From positions 4,402,001-4,466,000 of the forward strand of contig CM106586.1 of the NCBI GenBank assembly GCA_048013815.1: 64,000 nucleotides of DNA. Direction: 5' to 3'. The position numbers were made by a program, and so were the translations under genes. Position 1 is the stretch's first letter, and the number at the start of each line of letters is the position of its first letter. Below, in pieces: positions 25,490 through 38,264 of this stretch. This stretch comes from Setoptus koraiensis. Its lineage: Eukaryota > Animalia > Arthropoda. The notes under the pieces are model-generated. The model worked only from the letters and a program-made list of their open reading frames with translations, was not told where the DNA came from and made no database searches.

Positions 25490-26870
25490 TGACAGACTGG
25501 ATAAAACAGCGAAGAAAAGTCAATAAAACTCGGTGCTTTATCTGTCGCTGCCATATCTAATCTCTGGCCGACGGACGGCGCTCGCTGGCGTCTCAGTGCC
25601 GCCGCCGCCTGCCGCTGTCATGATGAAAAGTATCATTTTTATTCATTCATATAAACCGGCGTGTCGTATCATAAACGCAAGCGCCGCTCTCGCTCTGGCC
25701 ACTAATGGCGGCCGAAGCAATCGGACCGAGCCGCCGAAAGGAGAACAATTAAAGGGATGCGTTTAAAAGGGTCGTTTCATCACTCACTGGCCATTATGAG
25801 CGTTTCACAAGACGGCGACGGCCATCCATTTCATGCCATCAAATCCGTACTACGAGATTCATCGTATGAAATTCATGCCAATCGCACATTCACATCGCCA
25901 CACAATCGGCAGCGGCGCTCTGTCGTCAATTGTATCGCCACACAATTTGTATGGCGATACAATTGTATGTATTGTATTGGCTCAACGAGCTCGCCGCAAA
26001 TAGCTCAAATTGGCTCAATTCCGTTGGCTGTTCCGGTTCGCTTGGCTCGGTGTTATTTTTGAAATTGCTTGCGCTGACAACACTGTCGGAATGCGTCCAC
26101 TGAGTATAATCTGAGATCGGCGAGATGAATTTGGGCCGCGCCGACAGCGCACTGTCACTTGGGCTCGTTCGCAGTGTGAACTATGAATAGGCCGTTCATT
26201 GCGATCAAGTATCACAATGAAGTGTCTCGGAGCGCATTAGCATTTAATTAATGAGCCAATCAAGTGTGGCTGAATTTTGGTTTGCGCCACACCGAACACA
26301 CAGGCCAAAATAACGCTGGCAAAATCAATCACAGGTAGCCAACATTGGGCGATTAGCCCTAGGTGCCCTCTGTCAGACAGACGATGTTGCCATGACGACA
26401 TCAGCCGGTCGTTAGTCATTTCGTTTTGGCCCGACTGCTCGGCGACTCGCACCAAACGGTCGCACCAAACGGTCGCACCAAACAGTTACGGTGACAACCG
26501 TTCAATCTGGGCCGAGCTCACTTTTTGTCAGCTTTTGTTGAGTCGTTATAATGATGACAAGCTCACTTTTCATAATTGCGAGCCATTAATTGTGTCCAAG
26601 CGACCACTGTCTGTCTGTCATGTCATGGCGTCTCACGCCGTCTTATGTCATCTTATGTCATCTTATGTCATCGTCGGGCAGCGGCTTACGCAACAATGTA
26701 CAGCGGCACAAACAATATACCCCACACATACCATACAATGTGAGCATTGCGCTCAGCAAGCAGATATAAATAAATGCTGTTAATTTAATTGAGCCCACAG
26801 ATGATGTAACTTGCCGTAACATCACGCCACTTACATTGTGAGCCGATCATCAACAAAAAGCCAATCGACA

Positions 26871-26942
26871 CAACCGCTTATGAGACTCTAGACAACTGCT
26901 TATGAGACTGTTGACAACCGCTTATGAGACTGTTGACAACCA
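26871..26942. repeat. 22-bp minisatellite x3
   Basis: Unit GACAACCGCTTATGAGACTGTT. Confidence 0.9.
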
Positions 26943-27190
26943 CTGGTCCCCCATTGGGCACAATTAAGCCGGATTAGATTTAATTTTTTTTAATTTGGTC
27001 CGAGTGGCGCGCGCCAATTTCGGCCAATTTCGGCGTCGGCGGCGGCCACTTGTCTGGGTCTGCGATCCGATTATCGCCATCGATTATATTATTATATTAT
27101 TATGTTTGTGCGCCGGATTAGCCCAGATATTGGTGGCTAATGAGAGCAGCGAGCGAAACAAGAAAATGTTTGTTTTGGCCATGTCGCTGT

Positions 27191-27272
27191 CGAGTCTCGC
27201 GTTGCTCGTCGGCGCTCGAGTCTCGCGTTGCTCGTCGGCGCTCGAGTCTCGCGTTGCTTGTCGGCGCTCGAG
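27191..27272. repeat. 26-bp minisatellite x3
   Basis: Unit CGAGTCTCGCGTTGCTCGTCGGCGCT. Confidence 0.9.
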
Positions 27273-30200
27273 GGGATCCGACGGCCTGCCGATTGCGTGC
27301 GATTGGCTGTTAGTCGAGGATTGTCAATTGTCGGCTCAATGGTCGGGCCGGCAGTTGCGGTGCCGACCAGCGCAAGCTATCGGCCATAAGCGCTATAAAG
27401 CGGCAAGGTGGCGCCTGATAAATTGTGCGGCCAGACGGATCACAACATCGCAGTGTCGCTGCGCTAGAAACCGCCAGAAATTAAGGCCAGCCGAATGCGT
27501 CTGGCTAGCCGGACTGGCGGATATATCCAGATGAAGCCAGATACAGCAAGACGTAGCCAGAGTAAGCATGCAAGAGGATGTTGCGAGAGGAAAGTTGTTG
27601 CAACGATTTCCATTTCGCTCACTCTCGGCGATGGCGCAATATATTACATGAATGTTGAGTGTGTCTACACAATATTTAAGATATTGTATGACTATGTTAT
27701 TGAGCGTATTAAATAAGCAGAGTTTCACTCGATTAGATCACACTAAATGGATAATCTGAGCGAGCCAGTGTGCGCATCGCCACTTGTCCATGTATCCATG
27801 TATCCATGTATCCATGTATCCATGTATCCATTTATCCATTTATCCGTTTATCCACTTGAGCACTTTTGCGTTTATCCATTTATCTTGGCAGCGAGTGTGT
27901 CGCGTCAACACTTGCCAACGATTGCGCGCATAATTAATGGCGCCTCGTTGGCAAGCGTTGATACCTTGATATTATATCAATGATATATCATACATGTATC
28001 AGTGTGTTGGTATTTGGTTGGCATGCCAACTGGATACTAGATACGAATTATATTTAACATAAGGCCAACATAGGACAAAAAATAGACATGTTCACACACA
28101 ACGACAACAACAACAACCAGTGCCGAGACAACACGCTGCGTCTATTAAATGTAAAACTACTAGTTATATAAACATCGCGCCATTAATCACTCTCGTTCAC
28201 TCTCGTATCGCCACTCTCGCCTCTCACCTGTCGCCTCTGTCAGCTGGCGGCTGGTCGCTGGCGCAGCAAGCGACTCAAACTGTCAAACAGTTCACTTTTG
28301 ACAGCAACGTGAGTAGGTGCGCTGACGTGAAAAGTGTTGACAAAACGCCAATGTGTCACCACTCGACAAGCGCGACAAGCCAGCGCGATATAGGCCGCTT
28401 ATCGCGACCTAACAGGCGACGCAAGTCGACGCAAGCCGACGCAAGCCGACGCAAGCAGCCAGAGACTCAAGCGGCCATAGACGCAAACGATGGGGCGCGA
28501 GGTGAACGAGCTAATTAATTGGCGACAAATAGACCACTGGCGCTTGATTGTTGGGTGCTGCCAGTCGCGCAACCGACAGCCAACCTGCGAACAGCCAACC
28601 TGCGAACAGCCAACAACGGCCAACAACAGCCAACGACAGCCCAAAAGAGCCAACAAACAACATACAAACAACCCGCAAACAGCCCGCAAACAGCTCAGTG
28701 AGAAGTGGCCCATAAATCAGTCGGCTGCGTTCGCGATTGTGACTTGTGTTTGTTTGTTTGCGACACTATGCGATTTGACGGTTTCGCTTACGCTATCGGT
28801 GACTTATTAATATAATTGTCAGCCCCGCACTCACCTGTGCTCACGCTGGCACCTGTACAAATCAATCACCCGATCACATGCTCGCCGTCTCGAGTGGTAG
28901 GCGCCGCTTTGGCATGTCACTCACCGAGCGCACCGATCTCGCCGAGCGCACCCATCTGTGGCCGGTCGTGCGCTCGCGGGCCGGGCCGGGCGAGATTAAA
29001 TTTCGCTGTCGCGCAAAAAAGCGACCGTACCTATACGACACGACACAAACGCAATAATACTAACGATGACATTCGAACCAACTCACCTGATCTGACCAAT
29101 TGTTAATGTTGCCAGCTCTTGCGATTGCCAGCCCTCGCAATCGCGAGCCTCACAACTTGTGGGCCTCGCAATTGCGCAATTTGCGAGGCTGTCGCCATGG
29201 TCGCATGTTGCGACTGTGCCTATATCGCACACTATATTATACTGTCATTGTATTATGTTTGAATGAATTTACGACTGAATTGTGCGAGCCAAACGAACAG
29301 CGATGAACTGACTATTGCAGTTTATTTATCTAGTCGCAAACAGTCCAGTTTGGGCCGCACTGGAACAGAGAGCAGCGCTAAAGAGTTTGCGTTTGTCCGA
29401 CACCGAACAGCGTAGCGGATAAAGCGCAAAATTGTGGCGCAACAATGGTGGCGATATTTCGCCAAGAGATATATTGTGTAACCAGAGGTAAACGAGGCAG
29501 CGAGCGAGAGAGCGAGGGAGCGAGGGAGCCACACAGAGAGACATAAAGAGGCTGTAAAGAGCGCCAAAAGGAGAGCCGCAACAATGCAAACAATCGCTCG
29601 GGCGAGCGGCCAATAAAAATGATGGAATCATCTCATTCATAAACTAACTAATCCCATTTCATGATGATGCCGTCAATCGGCAACAACCGGCCAACCGCCG
29701 GCCAACAACCGGCCAACAGCAACAACCGACCAACAACGACAGCAACAACAACAACCGACCGACAACAAGCGGCCGACAACAACGGCAAACACAACTGACG
29801 GCACGCTGACAAACAACTTGACGACTTGTTTATTTGATTGTTTGCGCTGTCAGTGGCGTCTTGTTGTTGTTGTTTATCATGACGATGCGATGTGTTTATT
29901 GTTGGTGTCGTTAATAATAATCGCCAGTGGTCGCTTCTTTGGTGGTCACTCACTTTGCAGCGGCTCGTTGTTTGTCGCCGCGGCGGCTTGTTAGTGGCCG
30001 AAGCGGAAGTTGTTGTTGTTGTTGTTGCTATTTGTGCGCCAGTTGAGCCAGTTGTGCCAGTTTGCCGGTTGTGCCGGTTGTGTGCTAGTTTGGGCCAAAC
30101 CAAACACTGCCCACTGTGTCCAGTTTGCGAGCCAAATAAGCAGACTCGGCTCGAGAAATATATTGCTAAAAATATAAACTAACAAGCTTGCACGATATTC

Positions 30201-32222
30201 TATTAAAATAGACCATACAGAGGGCTGAAGATGTTTGTTTGCTCTCGTTCGCTGTTGTCGATATATTACTGATTATTGCGAGCTGTCACTCGGTCGCTCA
30301 GTCTGTCAGTTAGCCACGACACACACACACACACCGAGCCCATTGAATGGTTGAACCCTCGAACGTTTGCACAATCGGATATAAACAATGCACTCTGACG
30401 TTGCATCGACGGCCGCCGCTCATCGACAGCTATTAATGGCTGTTATGTAACCAGCGCCAGTGTGACGTTAATGACATTAGTGACATTGGCAACGTTGGGC
30501 ATTTTTATGCCCATTATATAAGCCAGTGTTAACACACAGCAAACAGTGTCGACCGTGCCCTGGTGGCCAGCGATTGAGCGCCGATGTCAATCGGTATCGA
30601 TTGACGCTGGCTTTTTGCTCAACTGTGAGCTCACACAACTGTCAAACACACAATGTGCCCACAACAAATGGCCACACCAACAACAAATGAATGAATGACC
30701 AACCGTTGGCGCAAATTGGCCGTCGCTTGGTGGCCAATAATAATGATTGCACAAGTGGCCGCTCTCTGCTACGACAAGGTGAGTCGGACAAGGTGAGTCG
30801 GTCGAGTTGCGCAAGTTGTTGGTGGCCAAAAAAGTCACAGTTACTTGTTAGTTGGCAACACTGTGCCAAGCGACACGGCAATTGGCACAGCGGCCAACTG
30901 TCACTAGTTACTAGTTGAGCCGCCATTAATGTTTGTGCCGGCCCGGCCGCCGGCCATCACTGGTCAGCATCACTCAGGCCGCTGACACTGCCAGGCGTTC
31001 ATCACGGCACAGGTGAGCTACCTGTGCCAACAATGTGCGCCCATGACGCATATAATGTGCCTATGATGCGTATAATGTGCCTATGACGCGTATAATTTGT
31101 GTATATATAGTGTCGCCCTGAGCCAATGGTGGCTCGTTAATGACGGCTCATTATGAGGCGGCCTGTTCGTTTGGTCGGCGGCACCGCGCGAGGCTCCTCG
31201 GGGCGACTGCTGTGCCCGAGCGACGCACAGCAGACGCAACTGGCTCGGGCGAGAGCGGTGCGAATGGCGAAAAGAATCGAGTGGCCGGCGAGAAGAGCCC
31301 AGAGAACTGGCCATAAAGTGCCGTTTTGGCCGCGCCGGACTCGTGAGCGCTTGTTGTTATTAGATGGCAGCGATTGGCCGGCATCGCGTTGCAAATCAAC
31401 TGCTCGCATCAAATCAAATCGCATCACATCAAATCGCATCGCATCACATCGAATCGCGTCCAATCGCATCAAATCAACTTGGCCGGTGCACTACCCGATA
31501 ATGATGCTAATGTCGCCCGTTAGATAGTTGGCCAGATTAGATCAACTGGCCAGATACTGGCCAGCAACTGCGACTGCAACTGCAATCTGGCCAATCTGAC
31601 CAATCTGGCCAATCTGTCCAATCTGACGGCCAGCACATGCGCGCCATTATCGACTTATGCCACGGAGTGGTGCCGCTCGGGCAATACTGGCCAGCGACAC
31701 TGGCCAGTAGTGCACCGACTCAACCTTGCACCGTCTCTCTCAATGCATCCTCTGCTGGCCAAAATTTAAAATAAATGCGAACGCGTGCGTGTGTGTGTTG
31801 CAGCGCCACTTGAGGCTGACGTTGACGACATTTGACGAGACTCGCCGAGATACAAATCAAACGGACGACAACTCTCGTGTTTGCGTTTGTGCCTGCGTGA
31901 CTTTCAGACGCCAGCCGTCGAGCCGGTGAGCCGGTGAGCACTCGGGTATTCGGGTATTTAAGTGTTCGACTCGAACCGTTGCAGGCCGCAAGTGTCCGAG
32001 GCCATCAGTCAATTAGTGTAACGGGCCATTCAAATTAGTCAGCCGACAGTTGAGGCATTCTGTTGCTCGATTCTAATGAGAGTGTGTGTTTATTATAATT
32101 ATTATCGTCGCGAGTCGCGACACAAGCGACCTGTCGCCCACTTTGATTTCGATTGGCACTTTGATTTTGCAATGGCCACTCTCGTTCGGCCATTTCGCTG
32201 GCCACTCTCGCTCTTGATTTGT

Positions 32223-32292
32223 GTGGATATCACACGAGACGGATGTTTGTGGATATTGCACGAGACGGATGTTTGTGGATATTGTACGAGAC
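32223..32292. repeat. 26-bp minisatellite x2.7
   Basis: Unit GTGGATATTGCACGAGACGGATGTTT. Confidence 0.85.
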
Positions 32293-33060
32293 TGTAGTAT
32301 GGATGTTGTATGGATATCGTGTGGATATCGCATGGATATTGTGCTAGTCGGACACAGCTAGTCGGCGGCAGTATGGCGGCGTGCATGCGGCAGTAGCACG
32401 GACAGCGCAGTGGTGTGGATATCGCGCCAGTAGTGGATATCGCGCCAGTGAGGCAGCAATATCCACATTCAGTAATAGGCTGCACAAGTGCACCAGTAAG
32501 CGATCACCTGTGTGATTATCGACCTTTACCTGTTACTTGGCTGCAAACTGTAAGCCACGCTCCTTTCTGTTGTTTGCAGCCACCAACAAGATGGACGAAC
32601 GACAGACAGACAGACAGACAGCAAAACTCACCTGAGCTCGGCTCGAACCCGACTCACCTGAGCCGCGACGAGAGGCGGCGACCTTCTTTGGCCTCACTCT
32701 CGCGCTCTCTCGCGAGTTTATCATTTGCTCCAAAACGACGCCAGCGACACCGACAACAACACCGACAACAACAGCCAAAACGACAGCCTCAACGACAGGC
32801 CAGGTTTGCGTCATGATGATCATTTAGCAACAGTGCAACGTTCATGATGGCTGGCAACTGTTTCAAGCACTTGTTTGCTGCTGGCGTGTCGTTGTCAGAG
32901 TGAAAAGTCGTGATGAAAGTTGCTCGCTGTGTCGTCGCGGCAGCTCGTGGCACACCAACGCTCGCTTGTTATATCTTGTGACTGAATGGAGCCCTCGAAC
33001 GGCCACGATTTGAGGCGAGATCGTGATTCCCGCATCGCTCTCATCAATTGCTCTCGTTGT

Positions 33061-33150
33061 TGGTTGTTGGTCGGTAGTTGGTCGGTAGTTGGTCCGTAGT
33101 TGGTCCGTAGTTGGTCCGTAGTTGGTCGGTAGTTGGTCGGTTGTTGGTCG
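33061..33150. repeat. 11-bp minisatellite (GGTC[GC]GTAGTT)n
   Basis: Read directly from the sequence. Confidence 0.9.
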
Positions 33151-33947
33151 TATGTTGCTTGGTTGTTGCTCGGTTGTTGGCCTTGTTGGCCTTGTTGGCG
33201 TGCATACACACAACTTTGCAACTATCATTGCCTGATCGCAAAGTTATTATCGCTGTGCGCGGCACAACAAGTGCTGCCGCGCACAGACAGTAGGCAAAAC
33301 AATTGTGAGCACAAATAATAAGCCAAATAACAATAATGAGCGCCGATGTATGACGCACGCAATCAGATCGCGATAACATTTATCGAGAGCGCACAACTTT
33401 TGCAAACTTTTGTTTTAATCTGTTCACTGTGCGCTGTGAGGTTCGTTATTGCGCGCATCATAATCATCACTTGCGCACTTGCTGCCGCACCGGTCAGTGG
33501 TGCAAGTGCAACTCGCGGACCACTGACCAACCCAAGACACAGCACACTTGAGCCGTGCGCCAGCGGTGTCCATCACTGAGCATTGAGCACTCGAGACACT
33601 GCAAGTGGCTGCACAAAAAGAAGCTACCATTTTATCACGATCGCTTGATTATCGCCACCAATCTCCATTCACAGATTGATTCACCTTGATTCACCATTTT
33701 GCCATTGTGCGCCATCGCATGCCACCGCCTATTACCGCACACTCACTGACTTCCGACCGGCACAGAACCTATATCGCCCGCAAGCCTGTTGTGCAGCGGC
33801 CGGCAGCAGGTTGTATCATGTGTGCCTAATTTACGAGCAGATCGTGAACGGAAGTGACGAGTGGCGCGCACACGGTCATTCGGCACGACCCTCTGTGCCA
33901 CGGCTCTCTATGGTCATTGCATATATAACTTTCCATTTTACGCTGCA

Positions 33948-34040
33948 CCACTGCACCACTCGGCCACTGCATCACTCGGCCACTGCACCACTCGGCCACT
34001 GCGCCACTTGGCCACTGCACCACTCGGCCACTGCACCACA
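33948..34040. repeat. 16-bp minisatellite (GCACCACTCGGCCACT)n
   Basis: About 5 imperfect copies, read directly. Confidence 0.88.
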
Positions 34041-36650
34041 GCATCTCTGCACCATTGCGCCTCCGCCGGCTCACCCGGTGAATGGACATCGATGCAGCCG
34101 GTGCATCGGTCTGGCTGGCGCGTCGGTCTGGCCGGCGACATGGATGAATGGAAGGCCGGTGCACGTTGGCTGGTGCACAACTTCATTAGGTGAGCAAGCG
34201 AGCAGCATATTGCGCAACATGTTCGCTCGTTTTGGTGTTCGCTGCGGACACGAACATGCGAGCACACGAACATGTGAACATATGAATATCATGTATACGA
34301 ACAGCATGCAGAGACACAACATGCACTTTGCGCTGTTACGTCACTGCTCATGTTGGCACACGAAATCTCCATATGCCAGGCAGATTGCGTTGCATTGGCG
34401 AGACACAATGACTGTGAACTTGTGATCAATTGCGTAAGCGAGCCGCGATATAGGCGCACTGGCTAGCTCATTGGCTGGCTGGCCCATTATCCGCGCAAGA
34501 CTCAAACACTATTTACTAGTTCATATTCCAGCAAACACACGCAAGCGGAAGTTGACAAGATGACGCACAGGGGGCGCAAGGTGTGTCGTCTTTAGTATGG
34601 AGTCACGTGTAATTAGTAATATGCATAATAATAATAATGATAATATGAGGTCGGCTAACGTATCCAGTGCTAGCAAGGACGCTTGTGTTTGCACTGTGCA
34701 ATTACTGTGCAAATTTGTGTTGTCGTTGGCGGACGCACGATCATAAATTACTTTTCCGCTTATTTTGTGCAAGCGAACGGTAGACGGCGCCACCGTGGAT
34801 GGTGAGCACACACACACAATGAACCCGTCCGACAATGGCCGACATCGTGCTCCAATAATGGCCGTTATCCGCCCGTGGGGCCCCGACTGGCCTGTCAACA
34901 GTGGCCGCCAGTTGTTACTGTGGCTTGTTTGTCGATGGGCCCCGTCGAATGGCGAGCCCGATGAATGGCGAGCCCATCGAATGGCGAATGCATTCACGCG
35001 ACAAAACTTGCACCTATAACGTGGCGCTGATATTTTGTGGCGGATGTTTTTGGCCCTATTTTTTGCATTGGCCCATGCAAATATCCAAAGAATTGCGCTG
35101 GCTCGGCGCTAAACTATCAACGAAACTATAAGCTAACCATTCATAACTGTTGTGCACACTATAAGAGCCGTTCGAGAGATAACTCTGGTTGTTGCGCTTG
35201 TGTTAATCTGCCAATGTTGTTGTTTGTTTCGCTAAGCCACCGAGAAGTAGCTGCAAATAACTGGCAGCAGCGCGACGCAATTGGGAGGCATATTGTCAAT
35301 GTTAACACAATCGCCAATGGTGAATTGCCATTTAAACTGATCTGTGTATATAGATAAATGGCAGTCAGGTCGCGAGTTTGGGCTTGCCACGGATGTAACT
35401 GGATGATTGAAGCTACTTATTGCTATTTACTGTTGTCGTTGTTGCTGTGGTTGTCGCAGTTGTTGTTGTTGTTGTTGCTGCCGTCGCACATCGAGCTGGC
35501 TGGTTGACAGTTGATGCTGATGGCGTGATCTATTATGTTTGCGTTGGCACTGCTGCTGATTGCGGACACAGATATCGGGTTTCTTGTCGAGCAAATTACT
35601 ATTACGACGAGACTGTCGAGGTGTTGTGACACAACAGCAACAACAACAACAACACAACGACAACAACAACAGCGACAACGACAACGACTGCACTGGCAAT
35701 GGCAGATTGTTGTTTTAGTCTTGCTTGTTTACTTGTGTTGTCAAGTGTTGTAGTTAGCTACAAGTTGGTGCAAGTGAGTGGCAGCGATCATAATCAGCAT
35801 CGCCAAGCAGCGGCACCAATTGAATATCAAGTGGGTGCAAATTTCGTCGTTATTCATTTCATCATCATCATCATCATCGTCATCATCATCATCATCTAAT
35901 CAGCGGCAAGTTGACAATTCGCGACAGTTTGTCGCTCGCTCGGTGTGGCTTGTCGTCGACAGTCGACTGTCGATGCTTAATAATAATAGTGGGCGAGATA
36001 TTATTGGATCAATTATTATATATTATTATCAATATTGACTCATGAGTCAGAATTGAGCCGAGAAACAGAAAGTCAATCAATGCGATCGATAAAAATTGAT
36101 AAATAAACAACATCGATCCAGTGATGGCGGCATCTAATAAAGGCATCAAAGCTGCCAAAGCTGCCTCTCGATATAATGGTCTCGGTAGAGGCACGAGCCA
36201 TATCGCACATTATATCGCACAATATATCGCATAATATATCGCACAATATATCGCCCAATATATCGCTCGTTGGAATCGCACACAGCGATTGCGACAAACA
36301 ATTTGCTTTGATCTAATTTTTCCATCGTAGCAGCACAGTTATCGAGCTCGCCAGCGACCAAAACAATCTCCAAAATAGTCGGGCAGCCAGCCGCCAATGC
36401 GCCAATTCAAAGCGGCATATATCACATAGCATATGAAGGTATAAATATATCGACGTATAAACATATCGAGGCATGAACGTATCGACGCGTAAACATATCA
36501 AGATGTGAGTGTGAGCGATCATGTGATCAGTCAAGTGTGTGAGTATCATTTACTATAACTATTATGTGATTTATATTACTGACAGATTACTTATTACAGA
36601 TAGAAGTAGATAGTTGTTGTTGGGTTAATCATATCGTGTGTGTGTGTGTG

Positions 36651-37807
36651 TTATTCATTCTTCAAATGAGTATTCTTATGTGTGGCCAGTGTTCTAGATT
36701 GACAGAATCCCTTTTCGCATATGTCACATTTGAATGGTTTCTCTTTTGAGTGAATGAACCTGTTTGATTTGAGAGTTGATAATGCATTTACAAGACAGTT
36801 ATAGATTGCGATTATTAGCATGACGTTCTGGCATTTTCAATTGTCGCCCGAGAGGCATTTTGTGCGCCAACATGCAGTCACTTGACGCTAGTTGCCGGTT
36901 TGTCGAGTCTGTCGAGTCTGTCGAGCTTGTCGAGTTTGCAAAGTTTGCAAAGTTTGCAAAGTTTGCAAAGTTTGCCGAGTTTGTGAGGCAAACCGGAGTC
37001 GAAACTCACCTATGGTCTCTGAGATGGTCTTGGCGCCTGAAGGCCTTGTTGCAGATATCACATTCGAAGGGGCGCTCATTGGTGTGGGTGCGCTCGTGTA
37101 TTTTCAGATTATAGGACTTGGTGAATTGGCGCTTACAGTAGCGACATATGAATTCTGTCATTTCGTATGCGTGTCGATATAGGCGATTCATATAGGTGGC
37201 AGGGGACAGATATAGGTTAATATAGGTGCTCTAGATGTTATACGATGTATTAGTTGTTGTCAGTAATTTGTTGTTGTTACTGTTTATGTTAACTTACCTT
37301 TCTTTGGTCTACTAGAAGTTCTGCCTGCGCGAGTTATTCTGCGCTCTAGGAAATTGATGAGCAATTGTTGCTGCTGTTGCTGATGATGCTGGCTAATGTG
37401 ATGATGTAATTGCGTTTGATGATGATGTAGTTGCTGTTGTGTCTGTTGTTGTGTTTGTGGTGGTTGCAGTTGCTGTTGCGGTGGCTGCTGTTGCTGCTGT
37501 TGAGGTTGTTGGGTGAGCGGAAGCTGAACAAGGGGCCCTCCTGTTGCAGCCTGGAGGTGATGGTGGTGATGGTGATCCTGATGCTTGTGTTGCTTGTGCA
37601 ACTTTTGCAACTTTGGGTGCTGCTGATGTTGCCGGTGATGATGGTGGTGGTGGTGGTTGTGGTGGTGCTGCTGCTGCTGTTGCGGGTGTATTTGTTTGTG
37701 TTGTTGCAAATGTTGTTGTTGTTGTTGCTTTTGTTTTTGTTGTTGGTGCAAGTGTTGTTGTTGTTGCTGCTGTTGTTGTTGCTGGTGCAGGTGCTGCTGT
37801 TGTTGTT

Positions 37808-37838
<31 letters not shown>

Positions 37839-38264
37839 TTGTTGTTGTTGTTGCTGTTGTTGTTGCTGCTGCATATACATTAGTAAGTAGGGCAACAATG
37901 TTGGATCAACCGATTGCAACATGGCGGCATTGGGTAAATGGGGCAGTGCGGCCATTAGCTGATGGTTGCCGTTGATGAGGCTGCTCAGGGCATTGTTGTG
38001 TGGATAATTGGCGAATGGGGCTACCCCATTTTGTTGTTGTTGTTGTTTGGCGCAGTTGCTAGTGAGATGCTGCATGATGAGTTGTTGCTCTAACAACAAT
38101 TGTTGTTGTTGTTGTTGAGACATTGACATTGTTGTTGCGGGCGACACTGACTGGCTCAGGGGCGATCTGGCGCTGGCCACATTATTTGTGATGGAGTTGA
38201 CTGGCGACACTGGCTGCTGCTTGCCAGCGAACAATATAGACTCAATGGAGAAGGGGTGCGACAT
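36651..38264 (-). CDS. odd: odd-skipped-family C2H2 zinc-finger transcription factor (406 aa, 3 fingers); exons 38264-37298, 37154-37010, 36759-36651
   Basis: Spliced sequence RPKKE|[48 protein letters not shown]|[31 protein letters not shown] is the diagnostic Odd/Sob/Bowl/Osr finger array. Donors are AAG|GTAAGT and TAG|GTGAGT; both acceptors are ACAG. N-terminal eh1 motif FSIESIL; long polyQ/H. The exact ortholog within the family is not resolved. Confidence 0.95.

Noticed and set aside
12787-36600. Numerous 60-250 aa ORFs 3' of odd, including 13991-14395, 23511-23699 (polyQ), 26277-26783 and 33676-34425
   Set aside because: Low-complexity translations of micro- and minisatellites, open in several frames on both strands, with no domain I recognise. 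Small real exons cannot be excluded without RNA data.
37346-37975. Plus-strand poly-Leu, poly-Val and poly-Cys ORFs
   Set aside because: Antisense shadows of the CAG/CAA polyQ tract in odd exon 1.
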